From Octopus bimaculoides (Eukaryota): DNA of 56,558 bases. Positions within the stretch are counted from its first letter, which is position 1. Each line of letters starts with the position of its first letter. Below are positions 25,030 through 36,457 of this stretch, piece by piece. The DNA is taken from contig NC_068987.1 in the NCBI RefSeq assembly GCF_001194135.2, positions 72,063,420-72,119,977 on the forward strand, in the 5' to 3' direction. The notes under the pieces are model-generated. The model was not told the DNA's origin and did no database searches. It saw nothing but the letters and a program-made list of their open reading frames with translations. A program made the position numbers and the translations under genes.

Positions 25030-25530
25030 NNNNNNNNNNNNNNNNNNNNNNNNNNNNNATATATATATATATTCTCACTCAACTATTGATCATGAATGCG
25101 GTATAACTTTTTCATTTTCTCTCTCTCTCTCCCTCTCTATCTATCTCTCTCTCTCTCTCCCTCTCTATCTCTCTCTCTCTCTCTCTCTCTCACTTTCTCT
25201 TTCTTTCTCTCTCTCTCTCTCCTTAAAGAGAGAGAGAACCGGGATGGAACTTGTGTCTCGATTAGTGTCTGTTATATATTGCGTGTTATATTCTCTAGTA
25301 TCTATTGCATCTGGAGTGTCATATTTTGTGAGTTGTGCATTGTCTTGTATGTTGAGTATACATTGATGCGTGTAGCATATCGTCTCTAGTGTGTTGTGTG
25401 TTGTGTGACCTTTATATTATTTGTTATGTGTTGTGTTACTTGTATCTTGTGCCATGCGTTTTATGTGTCATGTCTTGTCTTTTGGGAATCGTTCCTGGTC
25501 AATTGTGGCTTTTGCGTCTTGTTTGTATAA

Positions 25531-25690
25531 TCTCTTTTATTTATCTCAGTCATTTGACTGTAGCCATGTTGGGGAATCGCTTTGATGGATGTCGGTCTCT
25601 GTTGTCAAAACCGCTAGCTTACACGGATGTAAACAAACCAACACCTGTTGTCAAATGGCAGTGAGACACACACGCAAACACAAGTATACA
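25531..25690 (-). mobile_element. SINE family A 3' half
   Basis: cagtcatttgactgtagccatgttgg..cggtctct..accgcta..gtaaacaaacc. Confidence 0.7.
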
Positions 25691-25705
25691 TACATACATG
25701 TTGTT

Positions 25706-26059
25706 GGCACTCCGTCGCTTACGACGTTGAGGGTTCCAGTTGATCCGATCAACAGAACAGCCTTCTCGTGAAATTAACGTGCAAGTGGCTGAGCACTCCA
25801 CAGACACGTGTACCCTTAACGTAGTTCTAGGGGAGATTCAGCGTGACACAGTGTGACAAGGCTGACCCTTTGAATTACAGGTACAACAGAAACAGGAAGT
25901 AAGAGTGAGAAAAAGTTGTGGTGAAAGAGTACAGCAGGGTTCGCCACCATCTCCTGCTGGAGCCTCGTGGAGCTTTAGGTGTTTTCGCTCAATAAACACT
26001 GACAAAGCCCGGTCTGGGAATCGAAACCGCAATCCTATGACCGCGAGTCCGCTGCCCTA
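25706..26059 (-). mobile_element. SINE family C, head runs into the gap
   Basis: High identity to 16811-17191. Confidence 0.92.
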
Positions 26060-26924
26060 NNNNNNNNNNNNNNNNNNNNNNNNNNNNNNNNNNNNNNNNN
26101 NNNNNNNNNNNNNNNNNNNNNNNNNNNNNNNNNNNNNNNNNNNNNNNNNNNNNNNNNNNNNNNNNNNNNNNNNNNNNNNNNNNNNNNNNNNNNNNNNNNN
26201 NNNNNNNNNNNNNNNNNNNNNNNNNNNNNNNNNNNNNNNNNNNNNNNNNNNNNNNNNNNNNNNNNNNNNNNNNNNNNNNNNNNNNNNNNNNNNNNNNNNN
26301 NNNNNNNNNNNNNNNNNNNNNNNNNNNNNNNNNNNNNNNNNNNNNNNNNNNNNGACAGAGAGACAAACAGACAGGCAGACGGATGGACGGACGGACAAAC
26401 AGAAAAAAAGAAAGATACATACATACATACATACATACATACATACATACATACATACATACATACATAGACAAACGGACGGACGGACGGACAAACGGAA
26501 AGAAAGAAAGAAAGAAAGAAAGAAAGAAAAAGAACATGATGAAGATATTCCCCGGCCGCACACTTGCTAAAACATATTTTAATACACAAAAACAGAAATA
26601 CACGCAAAAAATCTTTAAGAAATTCTGAAAATTCTGTAAGGATTAATACAAAAATTTTAAAAGAAAGTAATTAAATGTATTCTTTTATTTTCTTATTTTA
26701 TTGTCTTATAGATTCTATTCACTGAACTGCGGCCATGCTGGAGCACCGCTCTTATTTTAGCATTGTATTTACTTTACTCATGTCTGTTAAATCAGTCAAG
26801 TAAGAGTAACGGAGTGAATGATATAAGCGGAACTTCCCAATTACAATTTACCTCTTAGATGGAGAAAGAAAAACAGAAACCTAACGGTTATTCTTAGTGA
26901 CTCTCAAAGGAAATAAGATAACAC

Positions 26925-27116
26925 ATTCGGCATAGCGAGTGATGAAGTAGCTCTCTTTGCAACTGTGAGATTTCTGGTTCAGTCCTACTTCACGGTACAT
27001 TTCGGGTTCAGTTCTACTTCTACGGTACATAAGTCCTGCGATCGATTTGTTCTAAGTTCTTCAAGGCGATGCTCCAGCATGTCCACAGTTCAATGACTGA
27101 AACAAGTAAAAGATAA
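26925..27116 (+). mobile_element. Internally deleted SINE family A with a duplicated B-box segment
   Basis: ggttcagt.ctactt.acggtacat occurs twice, followed directly by the tail ataagtcctg..tgctccagcatg..tgactgaaacaagtaaaaga. Confidence 0.7.
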
Positions 27117-27139
27117 AAATTTAGATTTATCCATTCACC

Positions 27140-27590
27140 TTTCTTCATAGCTCATTATTCCTGTTATGGTCGTTGAGGAGGGAGGGCTAAAATTCTCAGA
27201 TACGTCATCCAGATGGTCTCCTCCAAAGTAACCGAGTGAGTATTCCTTTCGGCTGCACGCGTGGCAATAGTTTTTCTCCAACACTCACTCTTGGCCTTCC
27301 AGCAAGTGTCCTGCCAGACAGTTTTATTCATAAAAAATCTTTTTTACGATTCTTTTCTCAGACATTCTAGCTACATTGTCCGTATGGCCGAAGTTGTGAA
27401 CTCACATTGCGGAAAAGTAGTGGCTCGACCCCCTCAAGCAGTGGCTACGTACCCCCTCAAGTAACGTCACTCCAATTACTTTTCAGAGGAACACTCTTTT
27501 TCGGCTGCTTGTATTCGCGATCGTACTTTTTCAGCCACTACCCAAGATTCATGATTCTTAAATATTTTTTTTGCGATATATTAAGAATTA
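27140..27590 (-). mobile_element. RTE-clade (Rex3/Expander-like) LINE 3' fragment, decayed
   Basis: Across frameshifts: ..HESWV.AEKVRSRIQAAEK..KVIGVTLL..GVEPLLFR..SQLR.YG.VARMSEKRIVKKIFYE..GRPR..LALPPQRP*. Confidence 0.8.
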
Positions 27591-27790
27591 ATAGGAGTAA
27601 ATTGATTTAATTACTTAATGGAAATTTAACCTTTCTTAGTAGACAAAGAAGCAGCTATATACATGTTTCGATGTATTGGACCTCGTCAGCTAATCATAGC
27701 CAAACTCAAGCCTGCTTGATCAGAGACCGGAAATTTTACAAATGTAATATAGCTGGGAGTGAGTCTGATATTTATCATTACGGTGAGAAC

Positions 27791-27829
27791 TTCAAACATG
27801 TTTCAATTTTATTGGACTTCTTCAGTGAA
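27791..27829 (-). ncRNA. Minimal type-I hammerhead motif, the best-preserved of three related copies
   Basis: UUCA-CUGAAGA-AGU(CCAAUAAA)AUU-GAA-ACAUGU-U-UGAA. The core is intact; stem I is 4 bp, stem II is weak (3 bp with one G.U), stem III is palindromic. Confidence 0.55.
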
Positions 27830-28444
27830 TCATAGTTTGATATTCAATTCAGATCATAGATAACTATTAAAATATATAGAACTTCTTTTTGTAAATTATT
27901 GCAGGGTAAAATTAAAAGAATAAACAGGGGAAATACTCACGCTACATGAGAACTTAATAGTAATGTAGATATCAGAATATTTGATCTTGAAAGCTAATTC
28001 AAGATCAATTATTCGAAAGCTAATTCAAGATCAATAATTTGAAATTATACTGTTAGTGATGAGAAAAAATCATTATTAACTAAAGCTCGTGAAAAACATA
28101 ACTAGAGAATTTTAATTAATCAAAATTAATTAATTATAGAATGCAATGAAATTGAGATTTAGCAATTCAGTAACAACTCCAAATGTTTCTGTATTATTGG
28201 ACCTCATCAGCGAAGCAGAGTGTAATCGTTATTGCAGATCTGATATCATGCATACTCAGATATCCTGGTGTATAGATTAATACATAAATACGCATACATC
28301 TGCACATACGCAATATATCAAATGCACATTTCCACTTTATCTCGCCAATGCTTCATCGTTCTGATTTTCTGTCTCTTCTTATCTAAATTCGTCACTTCCC
28401 CCGTCTTCTCTGAACACACACACACACGCACACTCCCCCTCTCC

Positions 28445-28494
<50 letters not shown>

Positions 28495-28579
28495 AATTTA
28501 TCTATCAATCTCTTTCTCTATATATCAATCTGTTTATCTATCAATCTATCAACCAATCTCTCTCTCCCTCTTTTTCACC

Positions 28580-29070
28580 TCCTTCTCCTCCTCCCCCTCC
28601 TCCTACAGGCATGACAGCAATTTGTGTGCCAACAGTTCCTTCTTCTCTCGCCACACCCAACCGAATCTTTCGTTTGTTCCTCCAGCCACAATTCCTGTCC
28701 CTTTATCCAGAATTTCCCCACTCTATACCGAGCCAACTCATCTTTCCACATTATTGTTCCCTTTACCTGTGCCACCAAGAATATTATTTTTTCTGTATAA
28801 AACGCTATTTTTACAGCTTATTACATCCTGGAGAAACAGGTCGAGGATTAGCAGATCGTTTGAGAAAATACCTTTCACACATCCGACGCAACAACACAAG
28901 ATCACTCTGACCTGTAGTCCGTCAATTAGTTCTCCTGGTTACATCTACCTGTATCTCGCCGAAGTTGCTCTATACCATGAGTCTCCCGTTTCTTGCTTGC
29001 TTCGTGAATGACAATTAATTTTCTGACTAAACAAGGACTCCGCAGGAATTAACAATTCACGTTGATATAT
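28580..29070 (+). mobile_element. Penelope-like element 3' fragment (linker plus GIY-YIG endonuclease), decayed
   Basis: SYRHDSNL..., FTCATKNIIF.., YI[+2 nt]GETGRGLADRLRKYLSHIRRNN. Confidence 0.85.
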
Positions 29071-29362
29071 CTAACAATGCTTTCGCCTTCAATACGCATA
29101 ACCAGTAAACAGCATGCTATGTACATCTCTGCCGTATACACCACTCCCTCCACCCCAAACAACCCATCTGTCACTCACACGCATATTGCTGTGCCTTCAC
29201 ACCATCCCTACAGCGGCCAATTACATCCTCATGTCTGACTGACCACTTGCTCAGCAATACACTGCATCATCAATATTATTTCCTACTTCATAGAACACAC
29301 TCACCGACTCGCACTCACACACCATACTGACACACTTCCCTACACTCACATACTCCTCTACG

Positions 29363-29471
29363 TACCTGTACGGCCAAGAACATTATTTTTCTGTACAAAA
29401 CACCAATTTTGCTGCTTATTACATCCTGGAGAAATAAGTCGAGGATTAGCATATCGCTTTATAAAAGACCT
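29363..29471 (+). repeat. Direct duplicate of the GIY-YIG segment 28764-28872
   Basis: tacctgt..ccaagaa.attattttt..gcttattacatcctggagaaa..gtcgaggattagca.atcg occurs in both; period 599 bp. Confidence 0.9.
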
Positions 29472-29951
29472 AACAAATACACCCTTTCTCTTACTCTGCT
29501 TCACTGTTTTAACTGAAAAATGTCATTCTATTCACTCCGCTATATCTACTTCTGTTCGTCATCCACAATGCTGGTTTTGTTACGAAGACCAACTGCTCAG
29601 ACGTGGAGTTCTTCGTTTCTTACAACGCAATTATATACTTAGTACACTTGTTCAATGTTCTGTTATTTCTCGTGAATTTTATAGTATTTCATTATTTCAT
29701 TATTACTCGGACACAGCCTAACCGGATTATCACAGGATTACATTTTGTAATCTCAAGTGATTTGATAAAACGTCAGCTTTATTAATTTTTTATTATAACA
29801 AAAAGTCAGGTTTATTCTCTTTCGGTGTCATTTTAAACTGTCTCTAATATGAGGTTTTTTGGTCACCTCTCAACGGACTACAGCTTACGCGTCTAGGATC
29901 GGTCCCCTGCTACACCTGTTGACAACCCTCCTCATAGATATATAGACAGGC

Positions 29952-30027
<76 letters not shown>

Positions 30028-30112
30028 GTGTGCGTACGAACGTACATACATACATACATACATACATACATACATACATACATACATACACACATACACA
30101 CATGCATACATA

Positions 30113-31261
30113 CAAAACAAGGTGGCAGAGGCTTAACATCGGTCCAAAATGCCTTTGAATGTCGCATCATATCCCTTCGGTAACATCTTTTAACAACCAA
30201 TTGTCGAAGTGCATCCCTTGACCAAGTTTGTATACATGAAGCTGATAGCATCATAAAACTTGGAAGGCAGCTCCTTGAGCAACACTCTTTGTCTGATAAC
30301 ATAGAATACATGGCCAAAGAAGTCCCACGACTCTACCGCAACATATCAGATGAAAATATGAGCATACATGAGCCGAAGACTATGCATGGATATGTTAGTA
30401 GAAAGCTCCAAGATGATAGTAACATCGATCATCAAATCAGTTTATCACGGACCAATAGCTGGATTACTACCTCCCACTTTGAAGGGTATGCGTTTGCAAT
30501 CCAGGAACAGGAAATATCAACCAAATACGTGATGCACAAAAGGGATAGAGATGCAGGAAAAACTGTAAAATGTGACAACTGATGCAGATTTTGTGGAGTT
30601 CACACTGAAGATATCACCCACATCATAAGCAGTTGTCCGAAAATGTTATCACGGTATTATCTACTGATGAGATATGACGTTGTAGCTAGGACACTCTATA
30701 ATGAAATATGTCAGAAGTATAAACTCAAGGACAAAGCAATAAAAGCCCACAAGATGGTAGAAGCCATAGCTACTCATAATAAAAAGGAATACTGGTCGGA
30801 TGTACCAGTGAAGGACTCGATAAAATGTAAGCACAGCAGACCTGATATAATGATTTGGGATAGAGAAGAGAAAATGTGCACAGTTGTGAAAATTAGTTGC
30901 CCAGTGGATGTTAACATAAAGCTGAAGATCAGTGAAAAAGAAAACACTTATGCTGAACTGTTGAGAAACCTGCAGTTACTCTATCCAGATTACAAGTTCA
31001 GCTTTATATCTGTAATTATTGGGGCCCTGGGATATGTAACACACTGTCTAAATACCAGTCTTGAGAAATTAGAGTTCTCAAAACCAGAACAGAGAAAGCT
31101 AATTCGAAGACAACAAAACCAATCCATCATTGAAACTGTAAAAATCTGTAAAACTTTCCAAAAGTTTATCATTTAAATATATATGAACATGTCTAGATAT
31201 GTAACTATATGCATAAATAAAACATACAAATCTGCACATACATGCATACATACAAAAATAC
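30113..31261 (+). mobile_element. RLE non-LTR retrotransposon (R4/Dong-related), 5'-truncated, in a (CATA)n context
   Basis: GGRGL..., SHFEGYAFAIQEQEISTKY, CRFCGVHTEDITHIISSC (CCHC), RPDIMIWD..KISCPVDVN..EKENTY..VIIGALG. Confidence 0.93.
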
Positions 31262-31277
31262 CTCCTCTCCCACCAAT

Positions 31278-31438
31278 CGATAGGACGCCGGTCGTCGCAG
31301 AATTGCTCATTTTTGCCAGTTGAATGGAGCAACGTGAAATGAGGTGCTTTGCTCAAGAACACAACGCGTCCAGGAATCGAAACCACAATCTTAGGATCAT
31401 GATAGCAACACCCTAACCACTAAACCATGCACTTCCAC
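31278..31438 (-). mobile_element. SINE family D (tRNA-like head, CORE/V-like body)
   Basis: Minus strand reads gtggaagtgcatggtttagtggttagggtg..ggtttcgattcc..gttgtgttcttgagcaaagcac. Confidence 0.75.
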
Positions 31439-31503
31439 ATATATGTATACATACATATATGTATACATGCATATATGTATACATACATACATACATACAT
31501 ACA

Positions 31504-31764
31504 TGGCGCCATCAAAATCAGATGTTCAGGAGTAGAGAGCCGTTTAAAATATATTTTTGAACGTTTCCTTCTACTTTTATACTGACTCCTCCAGCACAAA
31601 TCAGTAATTGATTTCTCCCATTATAAATAAGGGAGACACGTTTTACTTACCAACGTAACGTTATTCAGACCAAATTTTTAAAATATACCTTATACCACGT
31701 GGAATTTCGCTAACACTATTTTGGTTGAAACTAACAATACCATCACCAACGAAAACAGCACTAC
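31504..31764 (+). mobile_element. Copy of the RLE element's 5' segment ('R'), bounded by (CATA)n on both sides
   Basis: Aligns with the reverse complement of 19142-19345 (ccagc..aaatc.gtaa.tg, aataag.ga.acac.ttttact, tatacca.gtggaat.tcgctaacac..tt.tgg.tgaaactaaca, gaaaacag.actac). Confidence 0.8.
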
Positions 31765-32334
31765 ATATACATACATACATACATACATACATACATACAT
31801 ACATACATACATACATACGTACGTACATGCATGCCTGCATGCATACATACGAATTTGACTGTATCATACGTTTAATATTTCGATACGTATCATACGTTTA
31901 ATATTTCAACAATCTAGAACATTTTCCATCCTTGGAATTTCTTTTAGGAAAGGAAACCCTTCTTTAAATACTGGCTTCTTATAGCTAAACACAAATGCCC
32001 TCCGTGTCAAATGTGGTATACGTGATTACATAGAAACACAAATGTCTTATATATCTATATAAAGGGATGGTAATTAATGGGATATTGATATTTTCTTGCT
32101 CTCTTGAAGCGATTAGAGACGCAAGTAAACTGGTTCTGCCGGTAATTGAAATTTGTCGCGGTCACAGCTTGCTCTCTGATTACTGCTTGCTTTACAGCAT
32201 TCACTGTATCACATCTTCTATCATTTGAATGATTACGAGTATCTGTTCCATCTTCTCTTTCCCTATAACATATTAGTGCGAAAGAAAATGGATAAATAAT
32301 TTAGAAATAATATCTAAAATATCTAGTATTCATA

Positions 32335-32498
32335 TATGCGCTGGCGTGGCTGTGTGGTAAGAAGCTCGCTTCTTGACTATATGGTTCCGGGTTTCGTTCC
32401 ACTGCGTGGAACCTTCGGCAAGTGTCTTCTACTGTAGCTTCGGACCGATCAAAGCCTTGTGAGTGGATTTGGTAGACGGAAACTGGAAGATGCCCGTC

Positions 32499-32530
<32 letters not shown>

Positions 32531-32699
32531 TCTCGCCATCGCTAGACAACCGATGTTGGTGTGTTAACGTCCCCGTAAAATAGCGGTTCTGCAAAAGAGA
32601 CCGATAGAATAAGTCCTGGGGTCGATTTCTTCGACTAAAACCTTTTAAGGCAGTGCTCCAGCATGGCTGCAGTCAAATGACTGAAACAAATAAAAGAAT

Positions 32700-32703
<4 letters not shown>
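32335..32703 (+). mobile_element. SINE family A, full length
   Basis: ggcgtggctgtgtggtaagaagc..internal (TG)n..tgactgaaacaaataaaagaataaaa. Confidence 0.92.
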
Positions 32704-32731
<28 letters not shown>

Positions 32732-33443
32732 NNNNNNNNNNNNNNNNNNNNNNNNNNNNNNNNNNNNNNNNNNNNNNNNNNNNNNNNNNNNNNNNNNNNN
32801 NNNNNNNNNNNNNNNNNNNNNNNNNNNNNNNNNNNNNNNNNNNNNNNNNNNNNNNNNNNNNNNNNNNNNNNNNNNNNNNNNNNNNNNNNNNNNNNNNNNN
32901 NNNNNNNNNNNNNNNNNNNNNNNNNNNNNNNNNNNNNNNNNNNNNNNNNNNNNNNNNNNNNNNNNNNNNNNNNNNNNNNNNNNNNNNNNNNNNNNNNNNN
33001 NNNNNNNNNNNNNNNNNNNNNNNNNNNNNNNNNNNNNNNNNNNNNNNNNNNNNNNNNNNNNNNNNNNNNNNNNNNNNNNNNNNNNNNNNNNNNNNNNNNN
33101 NNNNNNNNNNNNNNNNNNNNNNNNNNNNNNNNNNNNNNNNNNNNNNNNNNNNNNNNNNNNNNNNNNNNNNNNNNNNNNNNNNNNNNNNNNNNNNNNNNNN
33201 NNNNNNNNNNNNNNNNNNNNNNNNNNNNNNNNNNNNNNNNNNNNNNNNNNNNNNNNNNNNNNNNNNNNNNNNNNNNNNNNNNNNNNNNNNNNNNNNNNNN
33301 NNNNNNNNNNNNNNNNNNNNNNNNNNNNNNNNNNNNNNNNNNNNNNNNNNNNNNNNNNNNNNNNNNNNNNNNNNNNNNNNNNNNNNNNNNNNNNNNNNNN
33401 NNNNNNNNNNNNNNNNNNNNNNNNNNNNNNNNNNNNNNNNNNN

Positions 33444-33678
33444 GAACGTAAAAGATAGAAAGATAGAACGTAAAAGATAGAAAGATAGAACGTAAAAGAT
33501 AGAAAGATAGAACGTAAAAGATAGAAAGATAGAACGTAAAAGATAGAAAGATAGAACGTAAAAGATAGAACGTAAACGATAGAAAGATAGAACGTAAAAG
33601 ATAGAAAGATAGAACGTAAAAGATAGAAAGATAGAACGTAAAAGATAGAAAGATAGAACGTAAAAGATAGAAAGATAG
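33444..33678 (+). repeat. 22-bp minisatellite (GAACGTAAAAGATAGAAAGATA)n extending into the gap
   Basis: About 10-11 visible units; one unit is shortened. Confidence 0.95.
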
Positions 33679-33914
33679 GAAGGTGAAAAACAACAAACGG
33701 TGAAAAAACAAATCTTGTTCAGAGTAGAGAGGGAAGCGAGAGGCCAAGAGAAGTGTGACTGAACGAGTCAAAGCCAAACGAGAAAAGGAAATTGGGATGG
33801 TCAATATGGGAATGGTCTACATGGGGATGATCAAACATGGGGAAGGTTAAGAGACAGGAAGCAACACACACATGCACACACACACACACACAGAATTGCA
33901 TATGATATTAATCG

Positions 33915-34080
33915 GTACAAGGAATTAAAATTTTGGCGGGAGGTGGCTAGTCGATTACATCAACCCCAATGCTCAACTGGTGTTTATTTTATCAACACCG
34001 AAAGAACGAAAGACAAATTCGACCTCGGCGGAATTCGAACTCAACTTAAAGACAGACGGAGTGCTGCCGAGCATTTTGTG
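33915..34080 (-). mobile_element. SINE family B
   Basis: Reverse complement of the central domain and tail. Confidence 0.8.
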
Positions 34081-34547
34081 TTGTGAGAGAGAGTGAGAGA
34101 GAGTGAGAGAGAGTGAGAGAGAGTGAGAGAGAGGGGGTGAAGAGAAAGATAGAGAGAGGGGGAAAATAAAGAGAGAGAGGGGGAAATAAAGAGAGAGAGA
34201 GTTACGGGCAAAGGAGAAAACGAGGATTGGGAAACAAACACATGCGCGCGTACATGTGTGTGTGTGTGAGAAGGTTTTTTTTGCATTACTGTAGTATCCA
34301 ATCAGCTGTGTACAATTCCGATCTGTTATTTATTCCTGGGCTGTACTCGTTGACTAAAATTGGTTCTTTTATTCTTAAGTTTCCAATGTTTCTTTCCGTA
34401 GTTCCAATGGAAATTTGGTTGTCATAAGTGTTGCGTTTCCGTAGGTATTTTTTGACGGAAAAATCACTGGCATAGAGGTGTTCTTTAATCCGTATCTGAA
34501 CTTGCTTTGTGGTACTTTCAATGTATATACTATATAAAGCTGTAAGG

Positions 34548-34690
34548 CAGCGAGCTCGGTAGAGTCGCTTTCACACAAGACAAGATTGCTCAGCAGCACT
34601 TCGTCAGTCTTTAAGTTGAGTTCAAATTCCGCCGAGGTTGAATCTGTCTTTCATCCTTTCAGTGTTGATAAAATAAATGCCAATTCGTAG
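34548..34690 (+). mobile_element. SINE family B, 3'-truncated by the HERO-like fragment
   Basis: aaggcagcgagct..gagttcaaattccgccgagg..tttcatccttt. Confidence 0.8.
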
Positions 34691-34699
34691 GCATAATCG

Positions 34700-35425
34700 C
34701 ATCCTTCTTCTCACGAGACTGTAAGCTCGGTCGAGATTATTTTCCTAGCCTTTTCTGACCACAAAACTACATCTGGCCTCAGGGTTCTGTGAACGACTTG
34801 AGGAAACTACAGTCTTTCCCTCATGCCCACTTTCATATCCCATGATTGAGCCCCATTTGTCCTACATGGCTTTCTTCTTTCAGGAACTTAACTGCTGGTG
34901 TTGTTTTCCCCTGTTGGTGGTATTTCTTAAGCCTTTTTCTGTTCCAGGGTGCGTAAGAGTGTTGCAAGCAGCTGGTCATGGCCCCACTTGTATCTCCCTT
35001 GAGTAAGTGTTATTTTGCACTCTGACAACATGTGTGCCAGGCTGCTCCTTTTTCACAAAGTCTACACAACTGGTCTCCCGTCAAACTCTATCTGTGCAGG
35101 TTGTTGGTGTTGGGAATTCGTTATACACCACCAGAAGCACGAAGGGGATACGAATCAGTTCCAGTCTCAAAAGGTCTACCCATGTGGCCTTCCTCTTTAG
35201 TCCAGGCACTATGAGATACCAGTTCTTGACCCGTCCTCTTTATTTTTCCTGGTTCCGTACTTCTACGAGGATCATGGCACTCTCTTCTTCGATGTCCATC
35301 TTCTTCCATTGTTAGGAATAGCAAGACCCGAGACCCTGCCGTCCTCTCCATGTAATTCCAATAATGTTACGAGGCTTTAACATGCTTTCAGCTTGTAGAT
35401 CTTTAGCTTGGTTTGTTTTAATTAT
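34700..35425 (-). mobile_element. HERO-like (R2 superfamily) RLE retrotransposon fragment, decayed
   Basis: AESMLKPRNIIG...GRQGLG, AWTK..RKATWVDL, VYNEFPTP, SLAHMLSECKITLTQGRYKWGHDQLL, LRPDVVLWSEK..IISTELTV. Confidence 0.85.
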
Positions 35426-35591
35426 CAAGGTCAAGGTCATGCTGGAACATACAAAATAAATACGCAGACTGAAGATAGAAAGATGTGCGATTCGATGAAA
35501 TATAGAAGGAAACACAAGGGAGGAGAGGCTTTTGCAATATTTTTGCCTCTGTCTTTTTTTGCTTCCCAATCCTAGTTTTCTCCTTTGTCCG

Positions 35592-35625
<34 letters not shown>

Positions 35626-36457
35626 NNNNNNNNNNNNNNNNNNNNNNNNNNNNNNNNNNNNNNNNNNNNNNNNNNNNNNNNNNNNNNNNNNNNNNNNNNN
35701 NNNNNNNNNNNNNNNNNNNNNNNNNNNNNNNNNNNNNNNNNNNNNNNNNNNNNNNNNNNNNNNNNNNNNNNNNNNNNNNNNNNNNNNNNNNNNNNNNNNN
35801 NNNNNNNNNNNNNNNNNNNNNNNNNNNNNNNNNNNNNNNNNNNNNNNNNNNNNNNNNNNNNNNNNNNNNNNNNNNNNNNNNNNNNNNNNNNNNNNNNNNN
35901 NNNNNNNNNNNNNNNNNNNNNNNNNNNNNNNNNNNNNNNNNNNNNNNNNNNNNNNNNNNNNNNNNNNNNNNNNNNNNNNNNNNNNNNNNNNNNNNNNNNN
36001 NNNNNNNNNNNNNNNNNNNNNNNNNNNNNNNNNNNNNNNNNNNNNNNNNNNNNNNNNNNNNNNNNNNNNNNNNNNNNNNNNNNNNNNNNNNNNNNNNNNN
36101 NNNNNNNNNNNNNNNNNNNNNNNNNNNNNNNNNNNNNNNNNNNNNNNNNNNNNNNNNNNNNNNNNNNNNNNNNNNNNNNNNNNNNNNNNNNNNNNNNNNN
36201 NNNNNNNNNNNNNNNNNNNNNNNNNNNNNNNNNNNNNNNNNNNNNNNNNNNNNNNNNNNNNNNNNNNNNNNNNNNNNNNNNNNNNNNNNNNNNNNNNNNN
36301 NNNNNNNNNNNNNNNNNNNNNNNNNNNNNNNNNNNNNNNNNNNNNNNNNNNNNNNNNNNNNNNNNNNNNNNNNNNNNNNNNNNNNNNNNNNNNNNNNNNN
36401 NNNNNNNNNNNNAATTGTTCGTGAATTTGTAAATGAATGCAATGAAGTAAGGTAGAA

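Noticed and set aside
27151-27235. Apparent exon with a good acceptor (ttcttcatag) and a GTGAGT donor
   Set aside because: All three frames contain stops, and the region is the antisense of an RTE 3' end.
29862-29900. Possible fossil hammerhead (ACGCGT palindrome) downstream of the Penelope-like fragment
   Set aside because: Both CTGA.GA and GAAA are disrupted.
33444-33678. Regular repeat considered as a CRISPR array
   Set aside because: There are no unique spacers, the context is eukaryotic, and no cas genes are present.
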